DNA of 63,954 bases, filler included, from Reclinomonas americana ATCC 50394 (GCA_048213135.1; 6 parts of 3 records of this genome joined end to end with filler, not necessarily neighbours in it); one strand, 5' to 3'. Numbered from the whole stretch's first letter, positions 41,560-55,842 are shown. Program-made: numbers and translations. The notes: generated by a model not told the origin, from the letters alone.

Positions 41560-44500
41560 CTACTGCACTGGGTACCACAACATGTGGATCTCCGAGACCA
41601 TGATTTCGCAAAACGCATACTCGGCACCCTGTGCGGCGGACGAGTTGGTTGGAAGCAGGAGCACACTCACAACTCGAATCGACTCACCATGGCGACAACC
41701 TGCTCCAGCACCTCCGCCAGATCGCTCTGCAGCACCGAGACCAGTCGCTGACGCTTCGTTGACTCCTCGGTGGGGAGCAGCAGCTTCGCCTCCGACCATA
41801 GCACAGCCAGCAGGTTCTCAATCATGTCTGTCACACGACATGAGTTTTAAATACAGCACACAAACTCGCAGCCCAGCGACGCAACAAACAGTATTGTCGA
41901 GACCGCGACTCAATTCCGCGCTCTGCTGCTCCAGCTGCCGCTGCACCAGCGCCTCTAGATCGTGTGGTGGATATCGCATTGCAGATCCCTGGTCGCCGAA
42001 AGCGATCTACAACGCCCACCATTGAGCACACCGCTTTCCTCCATCCATTCTCCTGCTCACTCGCCCATCACGCACCTTCATCATCTCCGCCTGGCTCAGA
42101 TCGTTCGCTTGCTTCTGCCGCACGTCCTCCAGTGCGCGCTTGAGCATCTCAAAGCGGTTCACCGCATACCGCAACGACTCGCGCATCACATCCGAGAGCG
42201 TCGGCTGCCGAGTGCTCACACCTCGGTGACCTGTACGATCGGCGTGTGAGGAAACAGGAGAGTATAAAGGTGAGAGAAGCGGTTGCAGAAGTACATACCG
42301 AGCTCCAGCGCAAGTTGTGGCGGTGAAAAGAGCGGCTCCTTGGCTCCTGTTTGCGCCTCCCGCACTGTTTGCATCGTCAGTCATTGGGTGGACGACGTAG
42401 GAGGAATGGAAACGAAACACGTACCCATCACCACTTGCCGGCAGTGCGTAATCAAATTCTTGGTGATCTTTTCGCACAGACGAACCACTGTGCAAGAGAG
42501 TGAAGTGGTCACGCACACGGCATGGAACAGGATGCAGTTCACAAAAAAGACGCCACGCACCAGCAGGCGCGAGCGTCGACGGGGAGGTCGACAGCAGTCG
42601 CACGTATCGCTCAAGAAGGGCAGGGAGTTGGCTCTCGTATTTGAGCAGCTTTGGCTTCAACTGTGTTTTCAAAAAAATGAGCACGTAAAAAAGCCACACC
42701 CAGACCAGAGAGAGAGAGACGAAATGCGCAACATTCCGTCGCAGAGCACCCGCGGACAACAACCACAGCGAGGTGGCCTGGTAAATCATCTGCAAGGTGA
42801 CGGTGTCACTGGTCTCTTGCAGCTTGAAGGCGCGCGAGAACAGACTCGAGTGTTGCTCGATGAAATGTGCCACCTGTCACAGCATCACACGTCAGCACTA
42901 GCGCACACACAGACAGCGGCGCACAATGACGCAACAGCATCCTGCGGCTTGACTGAATCGAACTTGGCCAGCTCCGACAGCAGGGTGAAGCACGCCGACA
43001 GATACCGCTCGTGTCGCTCCGCCACCGACATGTGGAAGCCGTCTGCAGGAAAAAACCTAAGGTGAGTGCAAAGCATTCTCGCCACGAGCGGCGGCGACGC
43101 ATACCAGCAGTGCGCAATGTGTGTGCATTCGGCGACCTCCAATCCGAGTGGATACGACGCAGGTACTTGGCACTGTTCAGCACCTCCACAGTGTTGCAGT
43201 TGCACAGCAGCTCCACACCGCTGTCCTTTTGCGCCAGCTGCGAGAGGAACGACAGGCGCGACTCGAACAATTTGAGCCAGTAGTCTGTGTGCGCATTCGT
43301 CTCGGTCGCGTCAGCAGTACGTCTCATGTGGGAAAAACAACAAGACTCCGCACCAGACATCTCCTTCGTCGACTCCATCAATGCATTGTCCAGCTCCACC
43401 AGATCTGCAGGTGACATGAGCAACACTTACTACACCCCCAGTTCTCCGACACCAAGCACCCACCATTGACGAGCTCAACCAGTGCATGCTGGTTCAAGTG
43501 GCGCAGCAGGTGCTCACGAGTCTGCAAGTCGAACAACGCCGAGAGTGCCGCATGCGCCACTGGCTTCCACTCGCGCGGACCGTTGCAGCAGTCGGCACAA
43601 ATCATGTCACACAATGCGTTGTCGTACTGCGTCAGTCGCGCCTGCTGCTCCGTCTCCAGATACACGGCGGCCGTCGGCGCACCGGCATACAACTGCTGCA
43701 GCACCGCGGATTCCTCCTTTGATTGTTGCGCCAAGTTGGCCGAGTATCTACCATGCAAAGTGTGAGAGCGATTCGCAAGGCAACAGAGGGACACTGTGGA
43801 CGAGACCTGGAGTAGTGCATCAGCACCGTGTACAGACAGCCGCGGACGTCTGGGTGGAATTTGACCGAGGCGGCCAGCGCCGCCAGCAGCGCCTGCAAGA
43901 GGTCCACGCAGTCCTTGACCACGTTGGCGTTCTTCACCGCTGTAAACCCACATGAGGTAAGTCAAGCGACATGTGACTCGAGAGACATTATTCGCCACCC
44001 GACGAACCGTGACCCTCACTCTCGCGTCGCAGCTTCACCATCAACACGATGCACGCCTCGCCGAACAGCTTGCGCAGATTCGCCGGCATGCTGTGCTCCG
44101 CCAGGTACACCAATAGTCTCTGCAGCAGCTGGAACACCACGCGGTACTGGTCCTCGGGTGGAATCTCCGTGAACCGCTTGGACAAGGTCACTTCCACGAC
44201 CTGCTTCCATCCGCGGAAGAGATTCAGCACGTCGGCCTCGGCATCACTCGCCGAGTTCCACTGTGACGCAAAGGTGACCAACTGGCGAATCTCATCAGAC
44301 GCCTGCGAGGTGCGCCAAATAAGTTAGCAACACGTCCTCTGTCATCGCAACCCACGCTCTCCGAATCTCGACTCACCTCCACCACACTGCGTTGCGTCTC
44401 GGCCAGTACACGGAAACACACAGCCAGAATCGTGGGGATGCTGTAACGCGTCTCGCCCATTTCCGACATCTGCGAAGCATGCAGAGTGAGTGCGGCAGCA

Positions 44501-47500
44501 CACAAGCACAAGTGGGGGTGGCCAAATGAGAACGGAACCTCCTTGCACGAATCGACATCCACCTCAAAGAGGATGCTCAGCCGTGGTCGCTCCGGCCGCG
44601 GGAACACCCCATACGGCAACGCCTCCAGCCACTGCAACATCTGGAACGAACCATGGTCGCGAGCCACATCCACAAACTGACTGCCGTACGACGACACTTC
44701 GAGTCTGCAAAGAGGGGAGAGTTGGCAAGGAGAGCGTAGAGAAGAAGAACGCACACGGCACGACGCACCTCTGCCACACGCTCTGGTACAATTGAGAAAT
44801 CACGGTTGACACTTGTCGTCGCACATCGTCTCGTCGATGGTCTGCGCACGAAAGCACACAAATGTCGCGCTCAGTGTACGTGATATAACCATAAATACCA
44901 ATGAAAAGAATAACGCACCGAGGAAGAGTGCAATCGCCGTGGTCTGGAACAAGTATCCGTGGCCGCGAATGCGCATCAGATCAGAGACGAAATCGGGACT
45001 GTCGAGGTCCAACGTCGGCAGCGGCAGAAGCGGACTGGCAAACAACTCGCCGAGAACGTCGGTCTGCAGCACACACTTTGGTTGGTCACCATACACTTAG
45101 CCCGTCTGACATGCACACGCACGCAACATCTGACGCTTGCAGGTAGCCAAAGAGAGCCTCGGCCGTGTGGCGGTCTGCCGCAAACACCGACACGAGCTGC
45201 ATGGCCAGTGCGTACAACTCGGGCTGCTCGCCTGCATCCGCCACGAGGATCTGCCGCACGGCACGCAAGCACGACTTGTCTCGGGTTGAACTCGAAGTCA
45301 CTGCCGAGGAGAGCGCCGATCAATATCTCTGTCTCCGTGAGCACACACGCACAGAGTGATGACACATATATTGCGCAACAGTAGTACTCGTCAGCAATGC
45401 CATCGTCGCGCATGAAGCCGCACAAAAAGTGCGACAGAGTGTATGTGTTTGGCTTGGCGCAGCGGATGAGGAACTTGAGGAGCCAGCCACGCATCTCCGC
45501 TTGAACCTGTGACAAATTATGAGTCGGTGGTGAGCATGCTGGAANNNNNNNNNNNNNNNNNNNNNNNNNNNNNNNNNNNNNNNNNNNNNNNNNNNNNNNN
45601 NNNNNNNNNNNNNNNNNNNNNNNNNNNNNNNNNNNNNNNNNNNNNNNNNNNNNNNNNNNNNNNNNNNNNNNNNNNNNNNNNNNNNNNNNNNNNNNNNNNN
45701 NNNNNNNNNNNNNNNNNNNNNNNNNNNNNNNNNNNNNNNNNNNNNNNNNNNNNNNNNNNNNNNNNNNNNNNNNNNNNNNNNNNNNNNNNNNNNNNNNNNN
45801 NNNNNNNNNNNNNNNNNNNNNNNNNNNNNNNNNNNNNNNNNNNNNNNNNNNNNNNNNNNNNNNNNNNNNNNNNNNNNNNNNNNNNNNNNNNNNNNNNNNN
45901 NNNNNNNNNNNNNNNNNNNNNNNNNNNNNNNNNNNNNNNNNNNNNNNNNNNNNNNNNNNNNNNNNNNNNNNNNNNNNNNNNNNNNNNNNNNNNNNNNNNN
46001 NNNNNNNNNNNNNNNNNNNNNNNNNNNNNNNNNNNNNNNNNNNNNNNNNNNNNNNNNNNNNNNNNNNNNNNNNNNNNNNNNNNNNNNNNNNNNNNNNNNN
46101 NNNNNNNNNNNNNNNNNNNNNNNNNNNNNNNNNNNNNNNNNNNNNNNNNNNNNNNNNNNNNNNNNNNNNNNNNNNNNNNNNNNNNNNNNGGTACAGCGCG
46201 GCCAGGAATCCCAAAAATCCAGACAGGAATGACTGCTCACGACGACGCCGGTCACCTGCGGAAAAGCGGAGACTCTCAACGGATGCACAGAGACACTCAC
46301 GCACACACACACACAGAGCATCGCACATACCGTCGATACGCTCACGCTGGAAGAACATTTCGCCCACATGATGCTGCTGGTACAACCTGCACGACAAGAG
46401 TCAATCAAACAAAGACGATCTACACACCACCATTGCACGAGTGCCACCGCACCAGAGCTCCTCGATCTTGGCCAGCGCATCCAACTCCTTGTTCATCAAC
46501 GACACCACCGACTGCGCAAAATGATGCAGGGTCAGGCTCAGCCGCTCGCGGTTCGCCTGGTCCGACAGGAATGTGGTGCCGCGCAAAGTCTCCTCCAAAA
46601 ACACAAACACATTCATGCGTTCGTGTACAAACGGTTGCAGCAGCTGCAGATCCACTGCACAACCCCAGCCAACATGCGACGTGAACACAATAGAAGCGCA
46701 ACCGTGAGCGTCGCACCACACCGGGACGCAACAAAGATCATCGCTTCTCGCGGTCTTGGCAAAGAGCACGGCAGTCACCGCGGCAAAGCTGCGCGAACCC
46801 GGTTCGGCTTTCGCCCACGTATCGTCGGCGGCCCTTGCTTCAGCCTTGCCGACGATTCCGAGCTGCGCGTCCAAGTGTTTCGACATGTCGATAGATTGCA
46901 GCAGCGCGTTGCGCTTGACTTCGCCAGTGCGCGCGTCCAGCACGCTGGGCTCGTGAAGGGCACAGAACAGGGCGGCGTTCAGGAACAGACATGTGCGTTG
47001 CGCAAACGCCTCCTACGTGTGCGTGAGCAGGCATACACCACGCAAAACTGTGTCCCGGACACAAACACACACACACACACACGCAACTCGCAGATTCTTC
47101 TCAAACTCCACCGACGCCAAGCGCAGTGTCTTTAGCACAGCCTTGACGTCGTCCTGCGACAGCTGGAACTCGCGCGTCAAGTAGTACACGAACACGGCGA
47201 CGCGGCTGACATAGATCCATCGATCGGCAAACACCGGGTGCTTCGGGTCTAATGACAGATTGTGCTGCGAGGGAAGAGAGGGGGAGTGAGGGGGGACGAA
47301 ACAAAGACGATCTAGTGTGCAGATTGTGGCGCAACTTCAATGGATGCACACAGCTCGCGCACCCACCCTTGCTGCACCAGGCTCGACCGCACGTTGAACA
47401 TGAGCGACTGAAAGCGAGTGGCATCTGCCAGCTCCACGTCGGCAGTCGACTGCGCGAATGATAGGCTGTTGAGGGACCATGGCACACAAGAACGGCGCAC

Positions 47501-47970
47501 ACACATAAGCGTCACCTCCAACACAATCTGCAACACATCCAGCAGAAACACGCGCTCCGTGTGGAACTGCTCGACGGCATGCGCCACACGCTGACCGCCA
47601 CTCAGGTGCGGCTCAATGTCCTTGGACGCCGACCACACTGCCTGCGATGTGGCCTTGCCCAGCATCAACACCTTCGAGACCTCCTCCACCTGCAATGCGA
47701 CGCCGAGTTACAAACACATGATGCACACACACACAAGAGGATGCTAGCTTGCCTCCTTCTTGGCGCCCTCGGGAAGACTGGCGAAATCAGCACGCGCCTG
47801 CGTCTGCTCAGTGTTGCTCTGCACCCGTTCGTCAATGAGTGAGTGGCAGTGAAGAAAAGGGACGAGAGCGAAGGGAGCAAGAAGAGAGAAGGGTGATTGA
47901 AAGGTATGAGAGGAGCGTCTGCGTGAAGAACAAGAAACGATAGCAAGTTGGCTGCTGCCTCTTTGCAATG
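41560..47970 (-). CDS. NUP205: Nucleoporin NUP205/Nup192-like (5' end unresolved, internal gap)
   Basis: PNTYTLSHFLCGF...SCLRAVRQIL...PELYALAMQLVSVFAADRHTAEALFGYL, GWKQVVEVTL, CADCCNGPREWKPVA and YMIENLLAVLW resemble NUP205 blocks; stop TAG at 41560. Confidence 0.75.
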
Positions 47971-48067
47971 AGTGTCAGCGTGAGAGACAGCAACAGAGAG
48001 AGGCAAGAAGGAAGGAGAGTGAAGGGTGTGAGCGACGCATGTTCACTTCTGTTACATCGCACGAGTG

Positions 48068-48098
<31 letters not shown>

Positions 48099-48207
48099 AC
48101 AAACACACACACACACACAGAGTGAGAGAGAGAGAGAGAGAGAGAGACGAAGACGAAAGGAAANNNNNNNNNNNNNNNNNNNNNNNNNNNNNNNNNNNNN
48201 NNNNNNN

Positions 48208-48219
48208 TTAATTAATTAA
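48208..48219. other. Artificial scaffold linker
   Basis: N44-TTAATTAATTAA-N44. Confidence 0.95.
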
Positions 48220-48263
48220 NNNNNNNNNNNNNNNNNNNNNNNNNNNNNNNNNNNNNNNNNNNN

Positions 48264-48325
<62 letters not shown>

Positions 48326-48345
48326 TCTCCTCTCCTTCCACTCAC

Positions 48346-48931
48346 CATATCAACGAGATCTTCTCCCATGGAGCTCTTGAGCTCAATCTCCTTCCAAAAG
48401 TCCTTCTCAAAGCTCAGCTTCTTCAGCTCCTTCTTCTCCTCCTCCAAGAACGCCACATCCTTGTCAATCTCCTCCTCCAAGTGCCTAAACAAACACACAC
48501 ACCCACACAAGTCAGTCTCTGTGTGTGAGAAAGAGTGAGAGTGAGAGAGCGCAACTTGGTGTACTGTCCCAGTGTCTTCAGTGCAGAGTCGGCCAAGGCC
48601 TGTCGCGCACGATCGCCCTTTTGTTGGCTCATCATCAGGTCCTGTGTGTGCGTGAGAGAGAGTGTGAGTGTGTGCAAGTCATGACTGTTTTTAGTTGCCT
48701 TCTTGTTGCACTTATCACCTGCTCAAGTAGCGTTGTCAACCGGTAGAACTCTTCTCGTGTGAAGCGCTTGAGCTCACGCGCGCGAGTGGCCAACAAACCG
48801 AGCTGTGAGTGACTGACTGTGTGAGTGACTGTGACACTCATTGTTCGTTCTGTGTGTGCGTGTGTGCTCACCTGCTGCTCCATGTCAGCAAACTCCTCAG
48901 GTGAGAAGATGCTCTCAAAGCCTTGCGCCAT
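48346..48931 (-). CDS. N-terminal exons of an unknown coiled-coil protein, truncated by gap
   Basis: MAQGFESIFSPEEFADMEQ|LGLLATRARELKRFTREEFYRLTTLLEQ|DLMMSQQ...YTK|HLEEEIDKDVAFLEEEKKELKK, with GT-AG introns in frame. Confidence 0.7.
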
Positions 48932-49035
48932 CCTCGCTCTCTCTGTCTTGTTGTGTGTAAACGGACGCGGACACATGACAAAACGGTGGACGTTGATTTC
49001 CTGCCCTTCACTCTCTCTTTCTCTCTCTCTCGTGG

Positions 49036-52000
49036 TTAGTCGCGGAAGAAGATGCGTGCGCTGAGGAAGGAGAAGAACAGCAGCTCGAACTCTCTTCGGT
49101 ATGACATGATGCGGTTGACCGTCAGTTGCAAATGCTGCGTCTCGTCGTCCTGACGTTTCCGACCGGCCAGCTCCCGTCGTACTTTCTCTGTTGGCGGTGT
49201 GTGTGTGTGTGTTAGTCAACTTGCCCTCCTCTCGCGTATACCCGCTGCCTTTCCGAACCTTGTTCCTCGCTGTAGTGCATCTGCACGGACTCGAACCATC
49301 GCAGGCCGTCGAACTGCTTGTTCTGGTCCAGCAGCTTGAGCACAAAGGCCAGACCGAGTGCGAAGCCGTCGTCGCAAAAGTTGCTCTCCTTGTTCTTCTT
49401 CGTCAGCTTGTCCTTGCTGGCCAGCATGTGGTCCACGTAGGAGAGCGTCAGCGGTGGTACGATAATGTAAAAGTTGCGCAAATGGAAGTTCTGCTCCTTG
49501 CGCATCTCGTCCTTGAAGACCTCCACCAGGATCTTGAAGTAGTCGGAGCCCTCGGCGAACTTTTGCATCAGGTTGTTCAGCACCGAATCCACGTTACTGT
49601 GCGTGCGTGATGGGGCGGTCAGAAACCTCCCTCTTCATCCTTCACAGCCCTTGGAGAAAATAAATTGCACTCACCGAGCGGCAGTCACCGACTCCTCTGA
49701 CAGGCTGGAGGCCACCGCCTGCTCCTCATAGTTGGGCGTCTTCTCCAGATCTGTGTGCCCAAAAAAAAACGTGAGAGACATAACCCCCCCCCNNNNNNNN
49801 NNNNNNNNNNNNNNNNNNNNNNNNNNNNNNNNNNNNNNNNNNNNNNNNNNNNNNNNNNNNNNNNNNNNNNNNNNNNNNNNNNNNNNNNNNNNNNNNNNNN
49901 NNNNNNNNNNNNNNNNNNNNNNNNNNNNNNNNNNNNNNNNNNNNNNNNNNNNNNNNNNNNNNNNNNNNNNNNNNNNNNNNNNNNNNNNNNNNNNNNNNNN
50001 NNNNNNNNNNNNNNNNNNNNNNNNNNNNNNNNNNNNNNNNNNNNNNNNNNNNNNNNNNNNNNNNNNNNNNNNNNNNNNNNNNNNNNNNNGGCGTTGGTGC
50101 CCAGCTTGCGAATGTCCTTGTTGAACTTCTCCGTGCGTTTCAGCGGCCACATGTTTTGCAACGACTCGCGTTGTTCGCGGAAGAAGCGAATGTCGGTGAT
50201 CAGTCGCGACTTGATGTAGTCGTCGTACAGGAACTGGGAGAAGATGAAGAACTTGCGCGACAGGAACTGGTACACGAGGTTGACCTACACAGGCGCGTGA
50301 GTGACGGGAGTCGCATGAGCACGTGTGCGTGTGTGGCGCAAACGCAACTGTGGTGTTCATGATACCGGTGCCGTGTGTGCGAATCGAGTTGGAAATGTGA
50401 CGAATGTTGATGGTGTTGAGGTGCTTTGAATCGGTGGCGGCGCATCGCTCCACAAACACCTGATTGTAAATGTCGTAGCTGTAGCGCGACACGAACAGGT
50501 GAATGTTGCGCGTGATTTCCAGCACGTCTAGGCCCTGTGACGGAGGGGTGCGAGTGAGTGCACAGTGGATACGAACAGCACGGCAAGCGCGACCGCACGC
50601 AACTTGCTCCAGTGTGGCGCCCGGCAAGTAGACCTCGGGCAACTCGAGACCGTACTTTTCACGCGCCAGATTCCTCATCTCGCCGTACGTCTTCCAATCG
50701 TGCAGCGCAATCGCCGTCAAATTGTAGAACGTCTGATTCAGGTAGTGACTCACGCTCCCTGCAAAAAGGCCAGGATGAGAACCACAGACCTTCTCATACG
50801 CATAAAATTCATATTTCGAGAACGCACCCTTGATGTCGATGAGATCGCCAAAGATGCGCACGGGTCGCAGCTTGAAGAACGATGCCGGGTCGCGCACCGT
50901 GCTCGCAATCTGCTGTCCCCGCTGGCCGAGCACCACCGTGTGGATGTGCAGACGCAAGTCGTTTTCTACATCGCGGCACAGGGGCTGGATGACGTGCTCG
51001 CGCAGCGTATCCTCCAGCTCCTTCTTGTAGAGCACCACCAGATCCTCCGGCTTTTCCAAGTGCTGCTGCTGCCGCAGCGTGCGCTCGCAGTCTTGGAAGG
51101 CCACCATCATGTACTGTGGCGGAAGGTGAGCGTAAGCATCAACGCCGGGAAAACCAGGCAGTCAACAAAGACACACACACCGGCAGACGGAAAGCAGCCA
51201 GCGGTGAGTCATACACGTGTCGCATGTACACAGGAATGAGCTCGCGATGGCCATACAAAAACGTGCAGTCGCATGCCTGGCGGACGCGGCGCCACATCTG
51301 TCCCACCATCTCCCACAGTCGGAGATGCGACTGCAGCTCCTCCGCCTCCACCTCGCGCACCACCGAGCCCGACATGCACACCACCGCTGCGGCCGTACGC
51401 GCAACCGCCAGACGCTCCTCCGTGGGAGGTCCACGCAGCGCTTTGATCATCAGCGACACGGCCGACAGCTGATCAATCTGGTGTGGTGGCACGCGACGGT
51501 TGGCGGCCTCCAAGCGAGCCTTGCCGTGCACCAAAATGTGCTGCATGCGGTGTGAGACATCCTCGGCCACCACCGGCAGCAGCTCGCCGTACACAGCACT
51601 CTTGCGGTAAAACATTTGCTCAATGGCCTGTAACGAACGCAAGAATGGGGTTAGCGAGGGAGGCGAGAGAATTTGCAAAGTCATGACAGACAGCACCTTC
51701 AACATTTCCACCAGGCGGCACAAGCCGAGCACCTGCTGCGCCGACATCTTGCGCTGAAGATCCACATGCAGGTATAGGCAGTGCTTGAGGAAGCCCGCAA
51801 TGCGGTTTGCCAGGAAAATGCCCTATAAATATCCAGTCAGCATGCACCCTACTCACATGCATGGAGCAGACAACACGCAACATTCAACAGCGTGCGACCC
51901 TCCTGTGCGGCGCGCGTGTGATTGTCGGCACTCGGCAACCAACTGGTCTCCGACTGCACCGACCACGCATCCAGCTCCAGTGCAAACTGCTGCACTCGTC

Positions 52001-53356
52001 TGTGTCGCCGGAATCGTGTCAGTCGTGTGCGCTGTATTCAGGAAAAGACAAGCAAACGCAACGAGTCAAACGTCGTATCGCAGAGCTTGACACTCTCCGC
52101 ACGACCCTCGGCCAGATGCCGATCAATGTCCTTGACGCCGAGGACCGGAACCAGGCCGGGCGCGTTCTGCACCAAGAACTCGGCGGGGAACCACGCCGTG
52201 TTGCCGTACAGATGGAGAATGGGCAGGTGCTGAGCGACAGGATGTGAACATCCAACCTGCACACGGCCAGCACTCTCTCTGCAGGGTGCGCGCTTACCTT
52301 GCGCTGAATGTCCCACACAGTGCGGAAGAACTTCTTGTCGGTCACGTCGCGGAAGACGGTAAAGTAGAACACCACCAGAGAGCACAGGCCCACGTATTCC
52401 TCGCGCACGTTGTTCTCGTTCGGCGCCCCCACTCGAGTGCTCATGAACGCCAGAATGTTGCGCATGGACTCCATGAACTGGTTGCGGAAGGTCTCGTTGG
52501 CACGCACATTGGCCGTGCCCGGCAGATTGTACTCGCGCTCTGTTGTGGCCAGCTAATCGTTCCACCAGCAGCAGCAGCGGCGTGTGAGCAACACACAACA
52601 CACAAATGCATCGCACCAATGCAACACACCTGGAACAGCAGGCCATCCAGCAACTGGCCCTCCATGTGCTGCAGCACGCGATCGAATTTCCTCACATCCT
52701 CCAGGCTCACGCCAAAGCGGGTCGAGTCGGCGCGCACCGTGCGCAACATGCGCTTGTACACGCCAATGCAGCTGCGGAAGTTCTCGTTCTTCGCAATCAG
52801 CGTGTCCATCGTCACGAGGATGCTCAGCAGCTGGCCCAGGTTGACAATCGCGTACTGTAGCATCACACACCACACACAAAGGCACTCAGCACGACGAGCC
52901 AACCNNNNNNNNNNNNNNNNNNNNNNNNNNNNNNGACACAAACAAAGAGCGTGACTGCATCCAAACACAGCAAAGTGTGCGGAATAACAATCACGCGGAG
53001 GTGCGAGGGTGTCATTGCATTCCGATCCGCAATTGACTTTGCTCTCTCTTTCTCTCTCTCTCACTCACTCTCTCACATGCACAGACACACACCTCGTGTG
53101 AAGTTCGTGTCGAGTGCGTCGGCCAGCTTGTTGGCTTGTGCCGTGAATTCTTCCACAAATGTGGTCAGTCGGTCTAGTTGAATATCCTGCGGCAACTCTG
53201 CACATACACAACACACAAACAGACGCACACACACAGAGAGAGAGAAGAGTGAGCGTGAGCGGGTGTGAGTGAGTGTGCGCGACAATTTCCGCCCACACAA
53301 CTTTCCGGGTCGCCACTGAATGCATCAAAAGTGTAGGCATCATCATCGTCATCCAT
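49036..53356 (-). CDS. WASHC4: WASH complex subunit 4 (SWIP/KIAA1033)
   Basis: [101 protein letters not shown]. Confidence 0.95.
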
Positions 53357-53486
53357 GCGACTGGCGGTGGCCGACGGCGCAGCCGACGAGGACGACGCCA
53401 TGAGAAACAATCAAAGTCACACCTCACTCGGACAGTTCCCTCNNNNNNNNNNNNNNNNNNNNNNNNNNNNNNNNNNNNNNNNNNNN

Positions 53487-53498
53487 TTAATTAATTAA
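53487..53498. other. Artificial scaffold linker
   Basis: N44-TTAATTAATTAA-N44. Confidence 0.95.
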
Positions 53499-53542
53499 NN
53501 NNNNNNNNNNNNNNNNNNNNNNNNNNNNNNNNNNNNNNNNNN

Positions 53543-53720
53543 CTACGTTGGGCTGGAAGCGATAAAACTGCGACAGCACACGCTGCGTATCGTCGTCGTA
53601 GCAGCCGAGATTCACAAACAACGTGTCCACTGTGTTGGTGGACTGCGCGCGCACAGACACCGCCGCCACCGCAAGCAGCACAGCAGCAACGGCGACCACA
53701 AGCAATGGTCGCATCATCAT
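53543..53720 (-). CDS. N-terminus of a secreted protein, probably beginning a WSC domain; truncated by gap
   Basis: Signal peptide MRPLLVVAVAAVLLAVAAVSVRA followed by FVNLGCYDDDTQRVL (WSC-like LGCYxD...RxL). Confidence 0.55.
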
Positions 53721-54208
53721 TTGTGTGTGTGTGTTGAGTGGTGCTTTCTCTTTCCTCCTTCGCGCTCTGCAATATACACACAACAGTAGCAGCAGTTGCA
53801 GTCAGTGCGTATGTACATGCAACACAACAGCGCGACACACACACACACACACACACACAGACAGCGAGAGAGAGAAGAGTGTGCGTGTGACAAAATGGCG
53901 GTCATGGTCACTTTTGTCGCGTGCACTTGCAGCATGCACATACACACGGTGACACACACACATACACATACAAACACGCGCGCGTGCGTGCGGACACACA
54001 CAAGCAGCACATGCACACAAGCAGAGCGCACAAACACACTTGTGCAAATCGCACATGATGCGAGAAACAACATGCAGAGACAAGCTCACACACACACGCA
54101 CACTCCCTCTCACTCTCACCCAGACGTGCATATGCTCCTCACCTAACACACACGCGAAAGACAACAGTTTCCACACTTTCCGACAGGAAAATTGCTCTTT
54201 GTGTGATC

Positions 54209-55771
54209 ATGTTTGGTGACGCAGAAGTCTCGTCGACCTTGGGATGGATATCCGTCTTTTCATCCGTGGTCTTCTTCGGCTCCTTTGCAGTGCCATCGAA
54301 GATCAAGTCCATGCGAGTTGCGCATCTCTCACTGTCACTCACTTCACTCCATGTGTGTTGCTCACTCGTTGGTGTGTTTGCAGGAGGCGAATGTCGACCC
54401 GTTCATCACGGCCATGTATCAGAACTTGGCGGCGTTCTTGACCAGTTGGTTGGTGCTGACGTATGTCAAGTTTGAGTGGACCAACTGGGGTGCGTGTGTC
54501 TCCCACACTAGTGTGAGTTGCATGCATGCATTGACTTCGTGTGTCAAGGATTGGCTGGTGCAGCGCTGTGGACGCCTGCTGGTGTGCTGGCACTGGCGTC
54601 GGTGCGGCTCATTGGTCTCAGTGTGGCGCAGGGCTTGTGGTGCGTGCGCATGTGTGTTTCTTGTCACGAATGACTGCCTCTCAAGTTCGCCGTGCAGGAG
54701 CGGCATTACGAGTTCTGCGTTTGCCTGTGAGCTTCTCTGGTGTTGTTGTTGACGGGTTTCGTTGCGCAGTTGTGGTGTCGTTCCTGTGGGGCGCGCTGTT
54801 TTTCCGCGATCCGATCAAGAACTTGGCGGGAGCGCTGGGCGGTCTGGCGCTGCTGCTCATTGGCATTGCGGGTATTGCGCTGTGCAAGCCCGAGACGGAG
54901 GAGAGCACGGAGGGTGAGTTGTGTGAGGGAGACGCGCTGGCTTGTTTCGTGCTGTGTTGATGCGTGTCGCAGGCAAGTCGGTCAATGGTGACGGTGCGCG
55001 ATTAGCAGCACGGTGCGTCCTCGCTTCCCTTGGTACGTCTGCGGTTCCATGTCACACTGAACCGTGCAACAGTGATCCGGCGGAGAATCAGGGGCTGCTG
55101 GGACCAGGTGCCGCGGACGACGATGAGTTGCGTACCCCCGCACGCCCACTGCTGGCCGTCAACGACTTGGAGAAGAAGAAGCCGGTGTCGAAGCGCATGC
55201 TCGGCTTTGTGTTTGTCATTATTCTGGGGTGAGCGGCATTCTTGCGTGCGACCCTGCTGTCGATTGTTGCTCACCACGTGCCGTGTGCAGAGTCATGAAT
55301 GGCTCCATGATGGTGCCGGCGCGCTACGATACCAACGTTGCGATCCTCATTCTCTCACTTCCCCACTTCTTCCCGTCTCCCTCCTCACTCCCTCCACAGA
55401 AATCAATATCCTACGTGTGCAGCTTCGCCGTGGGCGTGCTCGCCATGTCGGTGCTGCTGTCACTCGGCTACTACGGCCTGTACAAGCGCGGATTGCCAGA
55501 CAAGAACCATCTGAAAGTCGCCGCGCTGCCTTCGATGCTCACCGGCCTGTTGTGGAACATCGGCAACGTCTTCAGCATCTACGCCTCCATGTCGCCTCTC
55601 GGACTGACCATTGGCTTCCCGCTCACCCAGACCGCGCTGCTGGTCAGCGGCCTGTGGGGCCTGTTCCTGTTCCGCGAGTTGCGAGGTGCGAGGAAGATCA
55701 CACAGTTTTTCCTCTCCGGTGCTATCTTGTGCGCCGGTGCCGTGCTGCTCGGACTCTACGGACACGAGTGA
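54209..55771 (+). CDS. TMEM144: TMEM144-family (DMT-superfamily) transporter
   Basis: SSVVFFGSFAVPSK, GLSVAQGLWSG, VSFLWG, GLLWNIGNVFSIYA...GFPLTQTALLVSGLWG..FRE, assembled across short introns; stop TGA at 55769-55771. Confidence 0.85.
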
Positions 55772-55842
55772 CGAGCACGCCGCAGTAATGTATCACTAAA
55801 CAGTAGTTATTCTTAATTATTTTTAGTGGCGGTGGTGGTGGA

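Noticed and set aside
46740-46772. atcgcttctcgcggtcttggcaaagagca, resembling the U2 snRNA 5' end
   Set aside because: It lies antisense within a NUP205 coding exon and lacks the GTAGTA branch-pairing sequence and an Sm site; probably chance.
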